In this document: positions 29,535 through 38,540 of the stretch, one piece after another
How the letters are laid out: each line of letters begins with the position of its first letter
How positions within the stretch are numbered: the stretch's first letter is position 1
Source of the DNA: Patescibacteria group bacterium
GTDB lineage: Bacteria > Patescibacteriota > Microgenomatia > PFEM01 > JAHIFH01
NCBI GenBank assembly: GCA_035529375.1
Contig: DATKWU010000005.1
Span: 521 to 64,520, forward strand
Direction of reading: 5' to 3'
DNA length: 64,000 nucleotides
Program-made: the position numbers and the translations under genes
The notes under the pieces: model-generated
Database searches by the model: none
Told to the model about the DNA's origin: nothing
Seen by the model: the letters and a program-made list of their open reading frames with translations, nothing else

Positions 29535-30625
29535 TCCCTATTCAAGCTAATTATTCCGCCTCCAAATACTTCCTCGCCTTGATAAAAAACCGCTGCTTGA
29601 CCAGGAGCGACGCCTCGTTCTGATTCATCCAAAACAACTTTTACTTCTTTCTTTCCTCTAATCCTTGCTTTCAGAAGATCACCCTGATGACGAATTCTTA
29701 CCTGACACTTTATTTCTTTTTTAGGCGGATTTCCAGAAAGCCAATTAACGTCTTTAACTAAAAATTCTTTCTTTTCTACTTCTTTGCCAAAACCGACGAC
29801 TAACTGATTCTTTTTAACTTTCTTATCAACTACATAAAGAGGTCCTAGGACTTTTTTGTCAGTAATCTTAAAACCGTGCCTTTGGCCCACCGTATACAAA
29901 GGCAATCCTAAATGTTTACCAATCACTTGACCTTTAAGATTAACCACTTCACCAGGAATGATTTTTTCTTTAATTTGCCGTTTTAAAAAAGGTCGATAAT
30001 CATCTTCTGGGAAAAAACAAATTTCTTGAGATTCAGGTCTTTCGGCCACTGGTAACTGCCATTTTTTAGCCATTTTAATTACTTCTTTTTTTTGATAATC
30101 ACCAACAGGAAAAAATATCTTGGCTAGCTTTTTTTGATTAAGATTGTAAAGAAAATAAGATTGGTCTTTTTTCTTGTCTTTTCCCTTTAAAAGATGAAAC
30201 TGTTTGTTTTTTACTATCCTTGCGTAATGACCGGTGGCCAAATAATCGTGGCCTAAATTTTGAGCATAAGTCATTAATTCTCCAAATTTGATAAAACGAT
30301 TACAAACAACACAAGGATTTGGGGTTCGTCCTAAACCATATTCTCTTAAAAAGTAGTCAACTACTCTTTTTTTAAAAAGAGGGGCCACAAAGTCAACTTT
30401 AAAAAAAGGTATCTTTAATTGACTAGCGGTTCGTTGAGCCGATTGTAAACTGGCGGTATCGCAACACTTATTTAAAAAAGTCTGATCTTTTTCCCTTTCT
30501 GACCAAAGTTGCAGATGGAAACCCGCTACTTTGTAACCTTGTTTGACCAGTAAGACTGCGGCCACTCCGGAATCAACTCCCCCGCTCATAGCAACGGCGA
30601 CTTTTTGTTTCTTCATGCCCCTCAT
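29531..30625 (-). CDS. mnmA: tRNA-specific 2-thiouridylase MnmA
   Basis: PP-loop SGGVDSGVAA at the N-terminus. Conserved Cys residues (CCD, NPCVVCN). Typical length of 364 aa. Confidence 0.88.
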   Translation of the reverse strand: MRGMKKQKVAVAMSGGVDSGVAAVLLVKQGYKVAGFHLQLWSEREKDQTFLNKCCDTASLQSAQRTASQLKIPFFKVDFVAPLFKKRVVDYFLREYGLGRTPNPCVVCNRFIKFGELMTYAQNLGHDYLATGHYARIVKNKQFHLLKGKDKKKDQSYFLYNLNQKKLAKIFFPVGDYQKKEVIKMAKKWQLPVAERPESQEICFFPEDDYRPFLKRQIKEKIIPGEVVNLKGQVIGKHLGLPLYTVGQRHGFKITDKKVLGPLYVVDKKVKKNQLVVGFGKEVEKKEFLVKDVNWLSGNPPKKEIKCQVRIRHQGDLLKARIRGKKEVKVVLDESERGVAPGQAAVFYQGEEVFGGGIISLNRD

Positions 30626-30697
30626 TTTATCACGGAAGCCAAATGGAGCTTAATATAATTCTTTTTCGGGTGGAGAAATGGCTGTATCAGCGATAAA

Positions 30698-31444
30698 TTA
30701 TCTTCTTTTATAGACCCTGCTCAAAAACAGGGTAAGTTCAAATAAAACGATAAGAGGTAAAGAAAGAAGAATGTCGGCCAAAACTGAATCAATGGGAAGA
30801 AGGATAGCGAAGAAAAAAGAACCCAGATAAATCCACAGACGTTTTCGGCTTAACTCTTGGCGGCTGATGAGGTCAAAACGGACTAAGCAAAGCAAGAGAA
30901 TTGGAAACTGGAAACTAATTCCCATTAGAGTGGAGATTAAAAGAAAGGTAGACAGAAGCTTACTGATATCTAACATGCTGCCGATACCTAATTGAACTGA
31001 TTTGGCCTGGAAGACCTCGATCTGCCATTTCATAATTAGAGCCCCGAAAACAAATCCAATTAAAAAAAGGATGACGGAAAAAGGTAAGAATTTGATTATT
31101 CTTTTAAACTCTTTTCTCTTTAAAGCTGGTTTTAGAAAAGACAAAACCTGGATGATTAAAAGAGGAAGGGCGACTACCAATCCAGTAGCGATCCCGCAGC
31201 TGATGGCTAGATTAATGAACTGAAAAGGAGAGGTAAAAACAATGTTTATTCCTTCAAGAGGGAGAAGACTAAGTAAGAATTTAATGATTTTTTCATAAAA
31301 GATAAAACCAATAATTGTAGCAACAACAAAAACGGCGACGGTAAAAATGATTCTTTTTCTGATTTCTTTGAGGAAAGGGGAAAGTTTTTCTTTTATCTTG
31401 GCTAATTCAGAAGAATTTATAGGTTGGATATTAGTCGCAACCAT
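30698..31444 (-). CDS. tatC: Sec-independent protein translocase subunit TatC
   Basis: 248 aa with six hydrophobic helices. TatC-like N-terminal amphipathic motif (FLKEIRKRI) and central SPFQF...ALPLLIIQVLSFLKPAL region. Confidence 0.75.
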   Translation of the reverse strand: MVATNIQPINSSELAKIKEKLSPFLKEIRKRIIFTVAVFVVATIIGFIFYEKIIKFLLSLLPLEGINIVFTSPFQFINLAISCGIATGLVVALPLLIIQVLSFLKPALKRKEFKRIIKFLPFSVILFLIGFVFGALIMKWQIEVFQAKSVQLGIGSMLDISKLLSTFLLISTLMGISFQFPILLLCLVRFDLISRQELSRKRLWIYLGSFFFAILLPIDSVLADILLSLPLIVLFELTLFLSRVYKRR

Positions 31445-31453
31445 GATGCCTTA

Positions 31454-31621
31454 TTAAGCATTACCTTTGTCTTTTTTGTCGGTGCCTCCCGAGGCGTCTT
31501 TAAATTCTTTGAGTGCCTTAGCTACCCCTTCAAAGAGTTCTGGGATTTTCTTACCTCCGAAGAGGAAGACAACGATGACAGCGACAACTATTAGTTCTGT
31601 GGTCCCGATTGAGCGGAACAT
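31454..31621 (-). CDS. tatA: TatA/TatE family translocase subunit (55 aa; below the ORF-track cutoff)
   Basis: Translated by hand: MFRSIGTTELIVVAVIVVFLFGGKKIPELFEGVAKALKEFKDASGGTDKKDKGNA. TM helix, then FGG-K-PE hinge, then amphipathic helix. GGAGGTG lies 6 nt upstream of the ATG. Ends 10 nt before tatC. Confidence 0.7.
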   Translation of the reverse strand: MFRSIGTTELIVVAVIVVFLFGGKKIPELFEGVAKALKEFKDASGGTDKKDKGNA

Positions 31622-31667
31622 ATCCTACACCTCCTTTTTATTTTAACCTCGCGAATAACGCAGGTTT

Positions 31668-31859
31668 TTAATCCTTACGTGATTCGCTTTTTTCAGTAGT
31701 CCCGGTAAGGCCGTCTTTGATTTTTTTAATTTCTCTGAAGCTTTCTCCCCCTACCCTGCCTAATTTAATGGCGAATTTACCGCCAAACAGGACCACAAGG
31801 ATCAGAACAATAAGAATTACTTCTGTTGGACTGATATTTTTTAAGAAACTAAACATTTG
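31668..31859 (-). CDS. Second TatA/TatB-like subunit
   Basis: From the internal Met of the track ORF: MFSFLKNISPTEVILIVLILVVLFGGKFAIKLGRVGGESFREIKKIKDG (TM, FGG-K hinge, amphipathic helix). Start choice uncertain. Confidence 0.5.
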   Translation of the reverse strand, partial: QMFSFLKNISPTEVILIVLILVVLFGGKFAIKLGRVGGESFREIKKIKDGLTGTTEKSESRKD

Positions 31860-31914
31860 ATTAAATTTGACTATATAACTCAATATAACAAAATGCAAGA
31901 GCTAAAACAAATGG

Positions 31915-32160
31915 TTATTTTTTACCCATACTAGCTGCAAACCAATTAGAACCATCATAATACTCCAGACTGTTGGTTTGCAAGTTAAATCCCAAGATTC
32001 CCTGTTTGGCCTTTTTTGGTCTCTCCCCTGTTTTCCAGGAGGCAATTTTGGGCATGCCGAGCATTAAGAATAAGTCTTGACCGATATTTAGCAGGAGCGG
32101 ATAACTCTTTTCCATTTTGACTTCACATCCATTGTATAGACTTTTTTCTTTTGGTGTCAA
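31915..32160 (-). CDS. Small (81 aa) protein whose C-terminal ~50 aa are homologous to the C-terminus of the adjacent giant Ser/Pro-repeat protein
   Basis: PKIASWKTGERPKKAKQGILGFNLQTNSLEYYDGSNWF aligns with SIPSWNTTGRPKKAKKGTFGFNVESKTLEFWNGTSWL of ORF 32191-36333. Confidence 0.5.
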   Translation of the reverse strand: MTPKEKSLYNGCEVKMEKSYPLLLNIGQDLFLMLGMPKIASWKTGERPKKAKQGILGFNLQTNSLEYYDGSNWFAASMGKK

Positions 32161-32190
32161 GTTTTAAGGGGGAGAAAAATTTTTGAGGGG

Positions 32191-35100
32191 TTAGCTGATT
32201 TTTTTCATTGGCAATTTCAGCCAAGAAGTTCCATTCCAGAACTCCAATGTTTTGCTTTCCACATTAAAGCCAAAAGTGCCCTTTTTAGCTTTCTTGGGCC
32301 GGCCAGTAGTGTTCCAAGAAGGAATGGAAACAGCCTTTAAGCCTAAATAACCCCTCTTGCTAACAACTTCCCTACCAACAATGAGGGGGTGTTTGTTAAA
32401 GATAACTGGCGCCGGAGGCGGAGTAGGAACAGGCCGAGGACTGGGCGAAGCTGAAGGTGAGGGGCTAATACTGGGTGAAGGTGTTGGTGAGGGTGAACCC
32501 GGTGTTGGTGAGGGTGATGGCGATGGGCTGGGGCTAGCAGACGTCGGTGAGGGTAGTGAGGGTGATGATGAAGGCGATGGAGATATTGAGCCACTGAGTG
32601 AGACCGACGGACTAAGACTAACGAGAATCGACGGTGAAACGCTTGGACTAATTGAGGCTGAGGGGCTGAGACTGGGTGAAACACTTGGACTAACTGATGC
32701 TGATGGACTAACGCTGGGTGAAACGCTTGGACTAACTGAAGCAGACGGACTGACCGATGGACTAGCCGAGGGGCTAAGCGATGGGCTGGCTGAAGGGCTA
32801 ACACTTGGACTAACTGAAGCAGAAGGACTAACGCTGGGTGAAACACTTGGACTAACTGATGCTGATGGACTGACACTTGGACTAGCCGAGGGGCTAAGCG
32901 ATGGGCTGGCTGAAGGGCTAACTGAAGGGGAAACACTGGCTGACGGAGAAACGCTAGGACTGACCGATAGACTGACCGAGGGACTCAGACTCGGTGAAAC
33001 AGACGGACTCAGACTCGGAGAGACACTTGGTGAAACTGACGGACTTAAAGAGGGACTAGCCGATGGTGAAATACTGGCACTCGGACTAAGGGAGGGACTA
33101 ACGCTTGGTGAAATTGAAGGAGACAAACTGGGACTCAAACTGGGAGATACCGAGGCAGATGGTGAAACACTTGGCGATATCGAAGGCGAAACCGATGGGC
33201 TTACTATCGGAGACAGACTTGGCGATACACTCGGTGAAATTGAAGGCGAGACCGAAGGGCTAGCACTCGGTGATACTGATGGACTAATACTGGGTGAAAT
33301 TGAAGAAGATACTGAAGCACTTGGTGATACCGATGGACTCACACTGGGTGATACTGAGGGACTAATTGACGGACTGACTGATGGTGAAGCAGATGGGCTA
33401 ACACTTGGAGAAACACTCGGTGAAACACTTGGACTGACGCTCGGCGAAACCGAAGCAGATGGTGAGACACTCGGCGATACTGAAGGAGAAAGCGATGGGC
33501 TCGCACTAGGTGAGGCCGACGGACTAATTGATGGGCTTACGCTTGGAGATGCGCTTGGTGATACTGAAGGGCTAATTGATGGTGATATCGAAGCCGAGGG
33601 AGATACTGAGGGGCTGATACTCGGAGAAACGGAAGGAGAAACTGATGGACTAACACTTGGAGAGACACTGGGGCTAATACTCGGGCTAACCGATGGCGAA
33701 ACACTAGGTGAAACACTTGGGCTGATCGAAGCAGAAGGACTAATTGATGGTGAAGCTGATGGGCTAATTGATGGTGAAGCAGAGGGAGATGCCGATGGTG
33801 AAACACTTGGACTAGCGCTTGGAGAAACACTGGGCGATACAGAAGCTGAAGGAGAAACGCTCGGACTCACAGAGGGTGAAATACTGGGTGAGACTGATGG
33901 ACTAGCTGATGGACTCACAGAGGGTGAAATACTGGGTGAAACTGAGGGACTAGCGCTTGGACTAATACTCGGACTGACTGAAGCGGAGGGTGAGACTGAT
34001 GGGCTGACAGATAGACTGGCACTGGGTGAAACAGACGGACTTACAGACGGTGAAACACTTGCCGATGGAGAGACTGAGGGTGAGATTGATGGCGAGACAG
34101 AGGGACTGACTGAGGGAGATGCCGATGGTGAAACTGATGGACTAGCGCTTGGACTAACACTCGGACTCACAGAGGGTGAGACACTGGGTGAGACTGAAGG
34201 TGAAACACTTGCCGATGGGCTGACTGACGGACTGACTGAAGGACTCACACTAGGTGAGACTGATGGGCTGACAGATACACCGATAGAGGGTGAAACTGAT
34301 GGACTTACTGAAGGCGAAACAGATGGACTGACACTGGGTGAAACTGAAGCCGATGGACTGACTGAAGGGCTGACTGAAGGTGAGACTGATGGACTAACTG
34401 ACGGAGAAACAGATGGACTGGCACTGGGTGAGACTGATGGGCTGACTGACGGAGAAGCAGATGGAGAAATTGAAGGTGAGACGCTGGCACTCGGTGAAAC
34501 GGATGGGCTTACCGATGGACTAACTGAAGGTGAAACTGAAGGAGAAACGCTAGGTGAAACACTCGGAGAAACAGACGGACTCACAGAGGGTGAGACACTT
34601 GCCGATGGAGAGACTGAAGGTGAAACTGATGGCGAGATAGACGGACTGACCGAGGGAGATGCCGATGGCGAAACAGATGGACTAGCGCTTGGACTAACGC
34701 TCGGACTCACAGAAGGTGAAACACTGGGTGAGACTGACGGTGAAACACTAGCTGATGGAGAGACTGAAGGTGAAACTGAAGGTGAAGCACTCGGAGATAC
34801 ACTCGGGGAAACTGAAGGCGAAACAGATGGACTAGCGCTTGGAGAAACAGACGGTGAAACACTTGCTGATGGACTAACTGAAGGAGAAACGCTGGGTGAA
34901 ACCGACGGGCTAGCGCTTGGACTAACGCTCGGACTGACTGAAGCGGAGGGTGATACTGACGGACTCACAGAGGGTGAAACACTGGGTGAGACTGATGGAC
35001 TAACTGAAGGCGAAACAGATGGACTAGCGCTTGGAGAAACACTGGGCGATACAGAAGCTGAAGGTGAAACGCTCGGACTCACAGAGGGTGAGACGCTGGG

Positions 35101-36333
35101 GCTTACTGAAGGACTTATAGATACACCGATAGAGGGTGAAACGCTTGGAGAGACAGACGGCGAAGCAGAAGGACTGACCGACGGTGAAACGCTTGCCGAT
35201 GGACTAACTGACGGGCTGACCGATGGTGAGACGCTGGGTGAGACTGATGGACTTACAGACGGACTGGCACTAGGACTCACTGAAGGACTAACTGAAGGAG
35301 AAGCAGAAGGACTGACTGAAGGTGAAACACTTGCGCTCGGTGAAACAGACGGACTGACCGAGGGTGAGACGCTGGGGCTGACAGACGGGCTCACACTGGG
35401 TGAAACTGATGGACTAACGCTTGGAGAGACAGACGGCGAAACGCTTGCTGATGGACTGACACTGGGACTCACTGAAGGACTAACTGAAGGAGAAACCGAT
35501 GGACTGACTGAAGGAGAGACTGAAAGCGAGACTGAAGGGCTAACACTCGGCGAAACACTCGGAGAAACCGATGGACTGGCTGAAGGTGAAATACTGGGAC
35601 TCACTGAAGGACTAACTGAAGGGCTCACACTAGCTGAGGGAGAAACTGATGGTGAAACCGATGGGGAAATCGATGGTGAAACAGATGGACTGACCGAGGG
35701 GGAAATCGATGGTGAAACAGATGGACTGACCGACGGGCTAGCACTTGGCGAAACACTCGGGGAAGCTGAAGGAGAAACCGATGGGGAAACACTGGGAGAG
35801 ACACTTGGACTGGCTGAAGGACCAGATGCCGTCAAAACCTGCGAGTGGGATTTATCTGTATCCAAAGGAATTATGGCGCCGGCAATTTTGACCCGGAAAT
35901 AATAGGTGGTGCTAGAAGAAACATTGGCCGTCGGGACAATACAAACATCAAATTCGTTATTCTTTTTTTTAGTAACCGCGCAAGTATAAGTACCGCTTTC
36001 AATGTATTGCCCTTGCGAGGTGGTGTCAGTCAAAAGCCATTGCCCAACCACAGGTGGAGAAGGATTCCCTTCGGTTGCTTGACCATCGGCATAATTCCAG
36101 TGATTAGCAGCACCAAAAGACGTCCAACCATCAATATCATTAAGGGAATACTCCATCGTCCAAGCCCCACTCCCGTTTGTGTTACCTGTTTCCCCAATAC
36201 GGATTCTCAATCTGGTCTTGTTGATATTATTGGGTAAGGTTGGCTTGGTATTTTCATTAGCCAGCTGGCTTGATGGTTCGATACCATCGTCCTGAAACCA
36301 TTTCCAATTTCCTTGGTTGGGTGTAAATGCCAT
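32191..36333 (-). CDS. Giant (1380 aa) protein: N-terminal ~170-aa globular domain, ~1100 aa of tandem [V/A/I/L]SPS tetrapeptides, Pro-rich linker, conserved ~55-aa C-terminal domain
   Basis: The non-repetitive N-terminus (MAFTPNQGNWKWFQDDGIEPSS...YYFRVKIAGAIIPLD) has no obvious signal peptide. About 275 VSPS/ASPS/ISPS/LSPS units follow. Then PSPSPSPTPGSPSPTPSP...PVPTPPPAPV. The C-terminus is shared with ORF 31915-32160. Confidence 0.8.
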   Translation of the reverse strand: MAFTPNQGNWKWFQDDGIEPSSQLANENTKPTLPNNINKTRLRIRIGETGNTNGSGAWTMEYSLNDIDGWTSFGAANHWNYADGQATEGNPSPPVVGQWLLTDTTSQGQYIESGTYTCAVTKKKNNEFDVCIVPTANVSSSTTYYFRVKIAGAIIPLDTDKSHSQVLTASGPSASPSVSPSVSPSVSPSASPSVSPSASPSVSPSVSPSISPSVSPSVSPSISPSVSPSVSPSASVSPSVSPSVSPSISPSASPSVSPSVSPSVSPSVSLSVSPSVSPSVSPSVSPSVSPSVSPSASVSPSVSPSVSPSVSPSVSPSVSPSVSPSVSPSVSPSASVSPSVSPSASPSVSPSVSPSASPSVSPSVSPSVSPSVSPSVSPSASVSPSVSPSASPSVSPSVSPSIGVSISPSVSPSVSPSVSPSVSPSASVSPSVSPSASPSVSPSVSPSVSPSVSPSVSPSVSPSASVSPSVSPSASPSVSPSVSPSVSPSASVSPSVSPSASPSVSPSVSPSVSPSASPSVSPSVSPSASVSPSVSPSVSPSVSPSVSPSASPSVSPSASPSVSPSISPSVSPSVSPSASVSPSVSPSVSPSVSPSVSPSVSPSVSPSVSPSVSPSASVSPSISPSASPSVSPSVSPSASPSVSPSVSPSVSPSVSPSVSPSASVSPSVSPSVSPSVSPSVSPSIGVSVSPSVSPSVSPSVSPSVSPSASVSPSVSPSVSPSVSPSVSPSASPSVSPSASPSVSPSVSPSISPSVSPSASVSPSVSPSVSPSASLSVSPSVSPSASVSPSISPSASPSVSPSISPSVSPSASPSVSPSISPSVSPSVSPSASVSPSVSPSASPSVSPSASPSASPSISPSASPSISPSASISPSVSPSVSPSVSPSISPSVSPSVSPSVSPSVSPSISPSVSPSASISPSISPSVSPSASPSVSPSISPSASPSASPSLSPSVSPSVSPSASVSPSVSPSVSPSVSPSVSPSASPSVSPSISPSVSPSVSPSVSPSASVSSSISPSISPSVSPSASPSVSPSISPSVSPSLSPIVSPSVSPSISPSVSPSASVSPSLSPSLSPSISPSVSPSLSPSASISPSASPSLSPSVSPSVSPSLSPSVSPSLSPSVSLSVSPSVSPSASVSPSVSPSASPSLSPSASPSVSPSASVSPSVSPSVSPSASVSPSVSPSASPSLSPSASPSVSPSASVSPSVSPSVSPSASVSPSVSPSLSPSASISPSVSPSILVSLSPSVSLSGSISPSPSSSPSLPSPTSASPSPSPSPSPTPGSPSPTPSPSISPSPSASPSPRPVPTPPPAPVIFNKHPLIVGREVVSKRGYLGLKAVSIPSWNTTGRPKKAKKGTFGFNVESKTLEFWNGTSWLKLPMKKIS
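32370..35820 (-). repeat. About 3.4 kb coding minisatellite: tandem 12-nt units (plus-strand register about GGTGARACNGAT/GGACTRACTGAA) encoding the SPS tetrapeptide array, ending in a Pro/Ser-rich tail
   Basis: 12-nt periodicity with many imperfect copies is visible throughout 32.44-35.83 kb. Shadow ORFs appear in several frames and on both strands. Confidence 0.9.
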
Positions 36334-36558
36334 TTTTTATTTTTTTTCCATTAAATAACCGCCGTACCCATCAACGGCTAAAAACATTGTAACAAGATAA
36401 CAACCTCTAAGAAAACCACTGAAGAGGGGTTTTAACCAAGTTTTTTGATTAAGTCTTTGGTTTTTCCCCCAGCCAGGAATTTCGCTATCAGTTTCCAACC
36501 AGCCTTGGCAACTGTTTTTAAAATCATCCTGACTCCAGCGGTTTTTTTGATTAAATTG

Positions 36559-37665
36559 TTACTGTGCCGGACGTCGATAATGGGCAAGGCCAATTTCTAG
36601 ATGCTGGATAGTGGATTGAGCCGAAAAAATCACCCCGGAGGAAGGCAAGGATGATTTTTTCCTAGCCGGTTTGGTAGCGATATGTTTTGAACTGAGTTTG
36701 GCTTCTTTAGTTTTGAGTTTTTTCAAATCTTCATCGGTCCAACCTTTAACCGGCCAGAATTTCTCCACCAACCAAGAAACCGGATGCTTCTGATCTGGCA
36801 AACCCTTCAAGATTTGTTCCCAGACTTTTTTTCTGACCTCGTGCTGATCCTTACCTGAAGCAGGCCAAGGAAAACTAAAAGTGGCGTTTTTCGTCCGAAA
36901 CATATGGGCATACCAAGTTTGGTGGTTAACCAGCACCCGGCCACCTTTCAACCAGGTTTTACAAGCGACTTCAATGCCTTGATGTCCCCAATTGCCAAGC
37001 GTTTCATCACACAAATTCCAATCCCAATATAATTGACGCAGACACATAAAACATGATCCTTGAATTGACATTATTTCGGTTAATCCCTTCTCCTTCTTAT
37101 CTTTTTTGTATTCTGGCCGGCGGCGATATTCACCAAAATAAGCAAATGTGGGTTGAGCGTCAAAACAATAGGAATCGCTCTGGGGCCGCTCTTTGCCGAT
37201 CCAAAGCATTTTTTTCTTCATTTTGTTCCCACAAGCAGGACATTTGGGTTCCCGATCTTGGTAAACTCGCTTGCCGCATTTATAGCACTTCCAGTCATAA
37301 GCCCACAGATTTCTCATCACCGGAAGCATCACCACTTTTTCATCCACTTTTCGGAAAGCCTCAATCATTTTTCTATCAAAACCCTTATCAAATGAACAAT
37401 GAGCGTCCAATTTCATCACGTATTTGGCCCGGCTTAAGCGACAGGCCAGATTCTGAGCCGCCCTTTGGCCAATCGCCGGATTAACATAAATTAGACTCAC
37501 CCGATCATGTTGTTCTATGGGTGAGTTGGCCCATTGGCCATCTAAAACAGCAATCACTTCCGTATCGGCCTCGATATTTTTTAAAATATCCTCGATCGTG
37601 TTTTCCAGGAATTCCTCATTCCTGGCTGGTATTAAGATTGACAAATCACGCATAACCGACAGCAA
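36559..37665 (-). CDS. Family 2 glycosyltransferase (GT-A) with an inserted Cys4 zinc-ribbon and a Lys-rich C-terminal tail
   Basis: N-terminal LSILIPARNEE...VIAVLDGQ...KLDAHCSF (GT2 DxD/DAH region). CYKCGKRV...CPACGN insertion. Paralogous to ORF 44525-45331 (QGSC-W, GG-L-VN--TW-AH). Confidence 0.7.
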   Translation of the reverse strand: MLSVMRDLSILIPARNEEFLENTIEDILKNIEADTEVIAVLDGQWANSPIEQHDRVSLIYVNPAIGQRAAQNLACRLSRAKYVMKLDAHCSFDKGFDRKMIEAFRKVDEKVVMLPVMRNLWAYDWKCYKCGKRVYQDREPKCPACGNKMKKKMLWIGKERPQSDSYCFDAQPTFAYFGEYRRRPEYKKDKKEKGLTEIMSIQGSCFMCLRQLYWDWNLCDETLGNWGHQGIEVACKTWLKGGRVLVNHQTWYAHMFRTKNATFSFPWPASGKDQHEVRKKVWEQILKGLPDQKHPVSWLVEKFWPVKGWTDEDLKKLKTKEAKLSSKHIATKPARKKSSLPSSGVIFSAQSTIQHLEIGLAHYRRPAQ

Positions 37666-38053
37666 TAACCGCTATTGGCCGTAAATTAGTGCCAAGAGCT
37701 TTTGCCACCCTCCTTTCTCTAAAAGCCCCAATCCAAACTGAGGCCAAACCCATCTCAACTAATAACAGTTGTAAATAAGCACCACAAATAGTCGCGTCTT
37801 GGATTGAATACAAATTCCTACCTCTGTCTCCATACCTTTTGGCGTAAGCTTCTGGGTTGGTACAGATTACGAGATACAGCGGCGCGTCTAAGGAAATAAC
37901 CTTTTCTTTGGTGGCAATTACCTCAAAACCCCTAATTCCCCCGGCTGATGGCCCAGTTTTGGCTAAAGCAATCAACTTCGTCAAATCTGGCACTTCTTTT
38001 TCTTTAAATACCCTAATTGATTTTCTTTTTTTAATTACTTCTTTAAGTTCCAT
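37646..38053 (-). CDS. Short nitroreductase-family-like protein (135 aa)
   Basis: N-terminal KKRKSIRVFK motif (compare RRS-R-F of nitroreductases). C-terminal WIGAF...IAVIAVGYA. Overlaps the downstream GT2 start by 20 nt. Shorter than typical family members. Confidence 0.4.
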   Translation of the reverse strand: MELKEVIKKRKSIRVFKEKEVPDLTKLIALAKTGPSAGGIRGFEVIATKEKVISLDAPLYLVICTNPEAYAKRYGDRGRNLYSIQDATICGAYLQLLLVEMGLASVWIGAFRERRVAKALGTNLRPIAVIAVGYA

Positions 38054-38540
38054 CTAGTTCACAAAACTTTATTAATGCCTCAATAATCGCTTTGTTGTAA
38101 GAATCTATCAATTTCTTGTTGTATTTTCCTTTCCAGCTTTTTAATATTTTTTTTGGTTTTCTAAAACAACAGATTAAGTAAACGTCGTTGCTCAAATGGG
38201 GCAAATACTTGTCAACCGTAAAAGCCGATCTAGGGTCTTTCCAGCCCCAAAAATCAGCCTTTTTTCTTTTAATTAACTGCTTAATTTCTTGTGTCCAATC
38301 TTTATCAGGATGACGGATCATTAACTTATTTAGTTTCAAAAAATCTGGATCTTCATAAAAATCCTTATTATATGTTTTTACTTTTTTTCCACCCCTTCTA
38401 TCCCAGTTAAAACCCTTCTTCACACTACCCATCTTTACTCCCCCTATTTCAAGGAGTTTAGAAATAAACGAAGTCGCCGAGTTGGGACAACCAAGCACTA
38501 TATAAGTCTTTTCTTCCTTGCTGTGTATTTTAATCGTCAT
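38043..38540 (-). CDS. P-loop sulfotransferase-like protein (tentative)
   Basis: Preferred start at the internal Met (MTIKIH...), which gives an ATGA overlap with the upstream gene. YIVLGCPNSATSFISKLL resembles the PAPS-binding 5'-PSB loop of sulfotransferases. Otherwise no clear motif. Confidence 0.35.
   Translation of the reverse strand: MTIKIHSKEEKTYIVLGCPNSATSFISKLLEIGGVKMGSVKKGFNWDRRGGKKVKTYNKDFYEDPDFLKLNKLMIRHPDKDWTQEIKQLIKRKKADFWGWKDPRSAFTVDKYLPHLSNDVYLICCFRKPKKILKSWKGKYNKKLIDSYNKAIIEALIKFCELDGT

Noticed and set aside
32370-35820. Possible CRISPR array suggested by highly regular short repeats
   Set aside because: The repeat is a 12-nt in-frame coding unit with no unique spacers and no cas genes. 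It is a protein-coding minisatellite.
32357-35902. Plus-strand 1181-aa ORF (GETDGLTEG... repeats) plus shorter ORFs 32343-32936, 33537-33830, 34305-34490, 35845-36237
   Set aside because: These are shadow frames of the 12-nt coding minisatellite. Only the minus-strand frame has a non-repetitive N-terminal domain and a C-terminal domain conserved in a neighbouring gene. The plus-frame ends read as nonsense.
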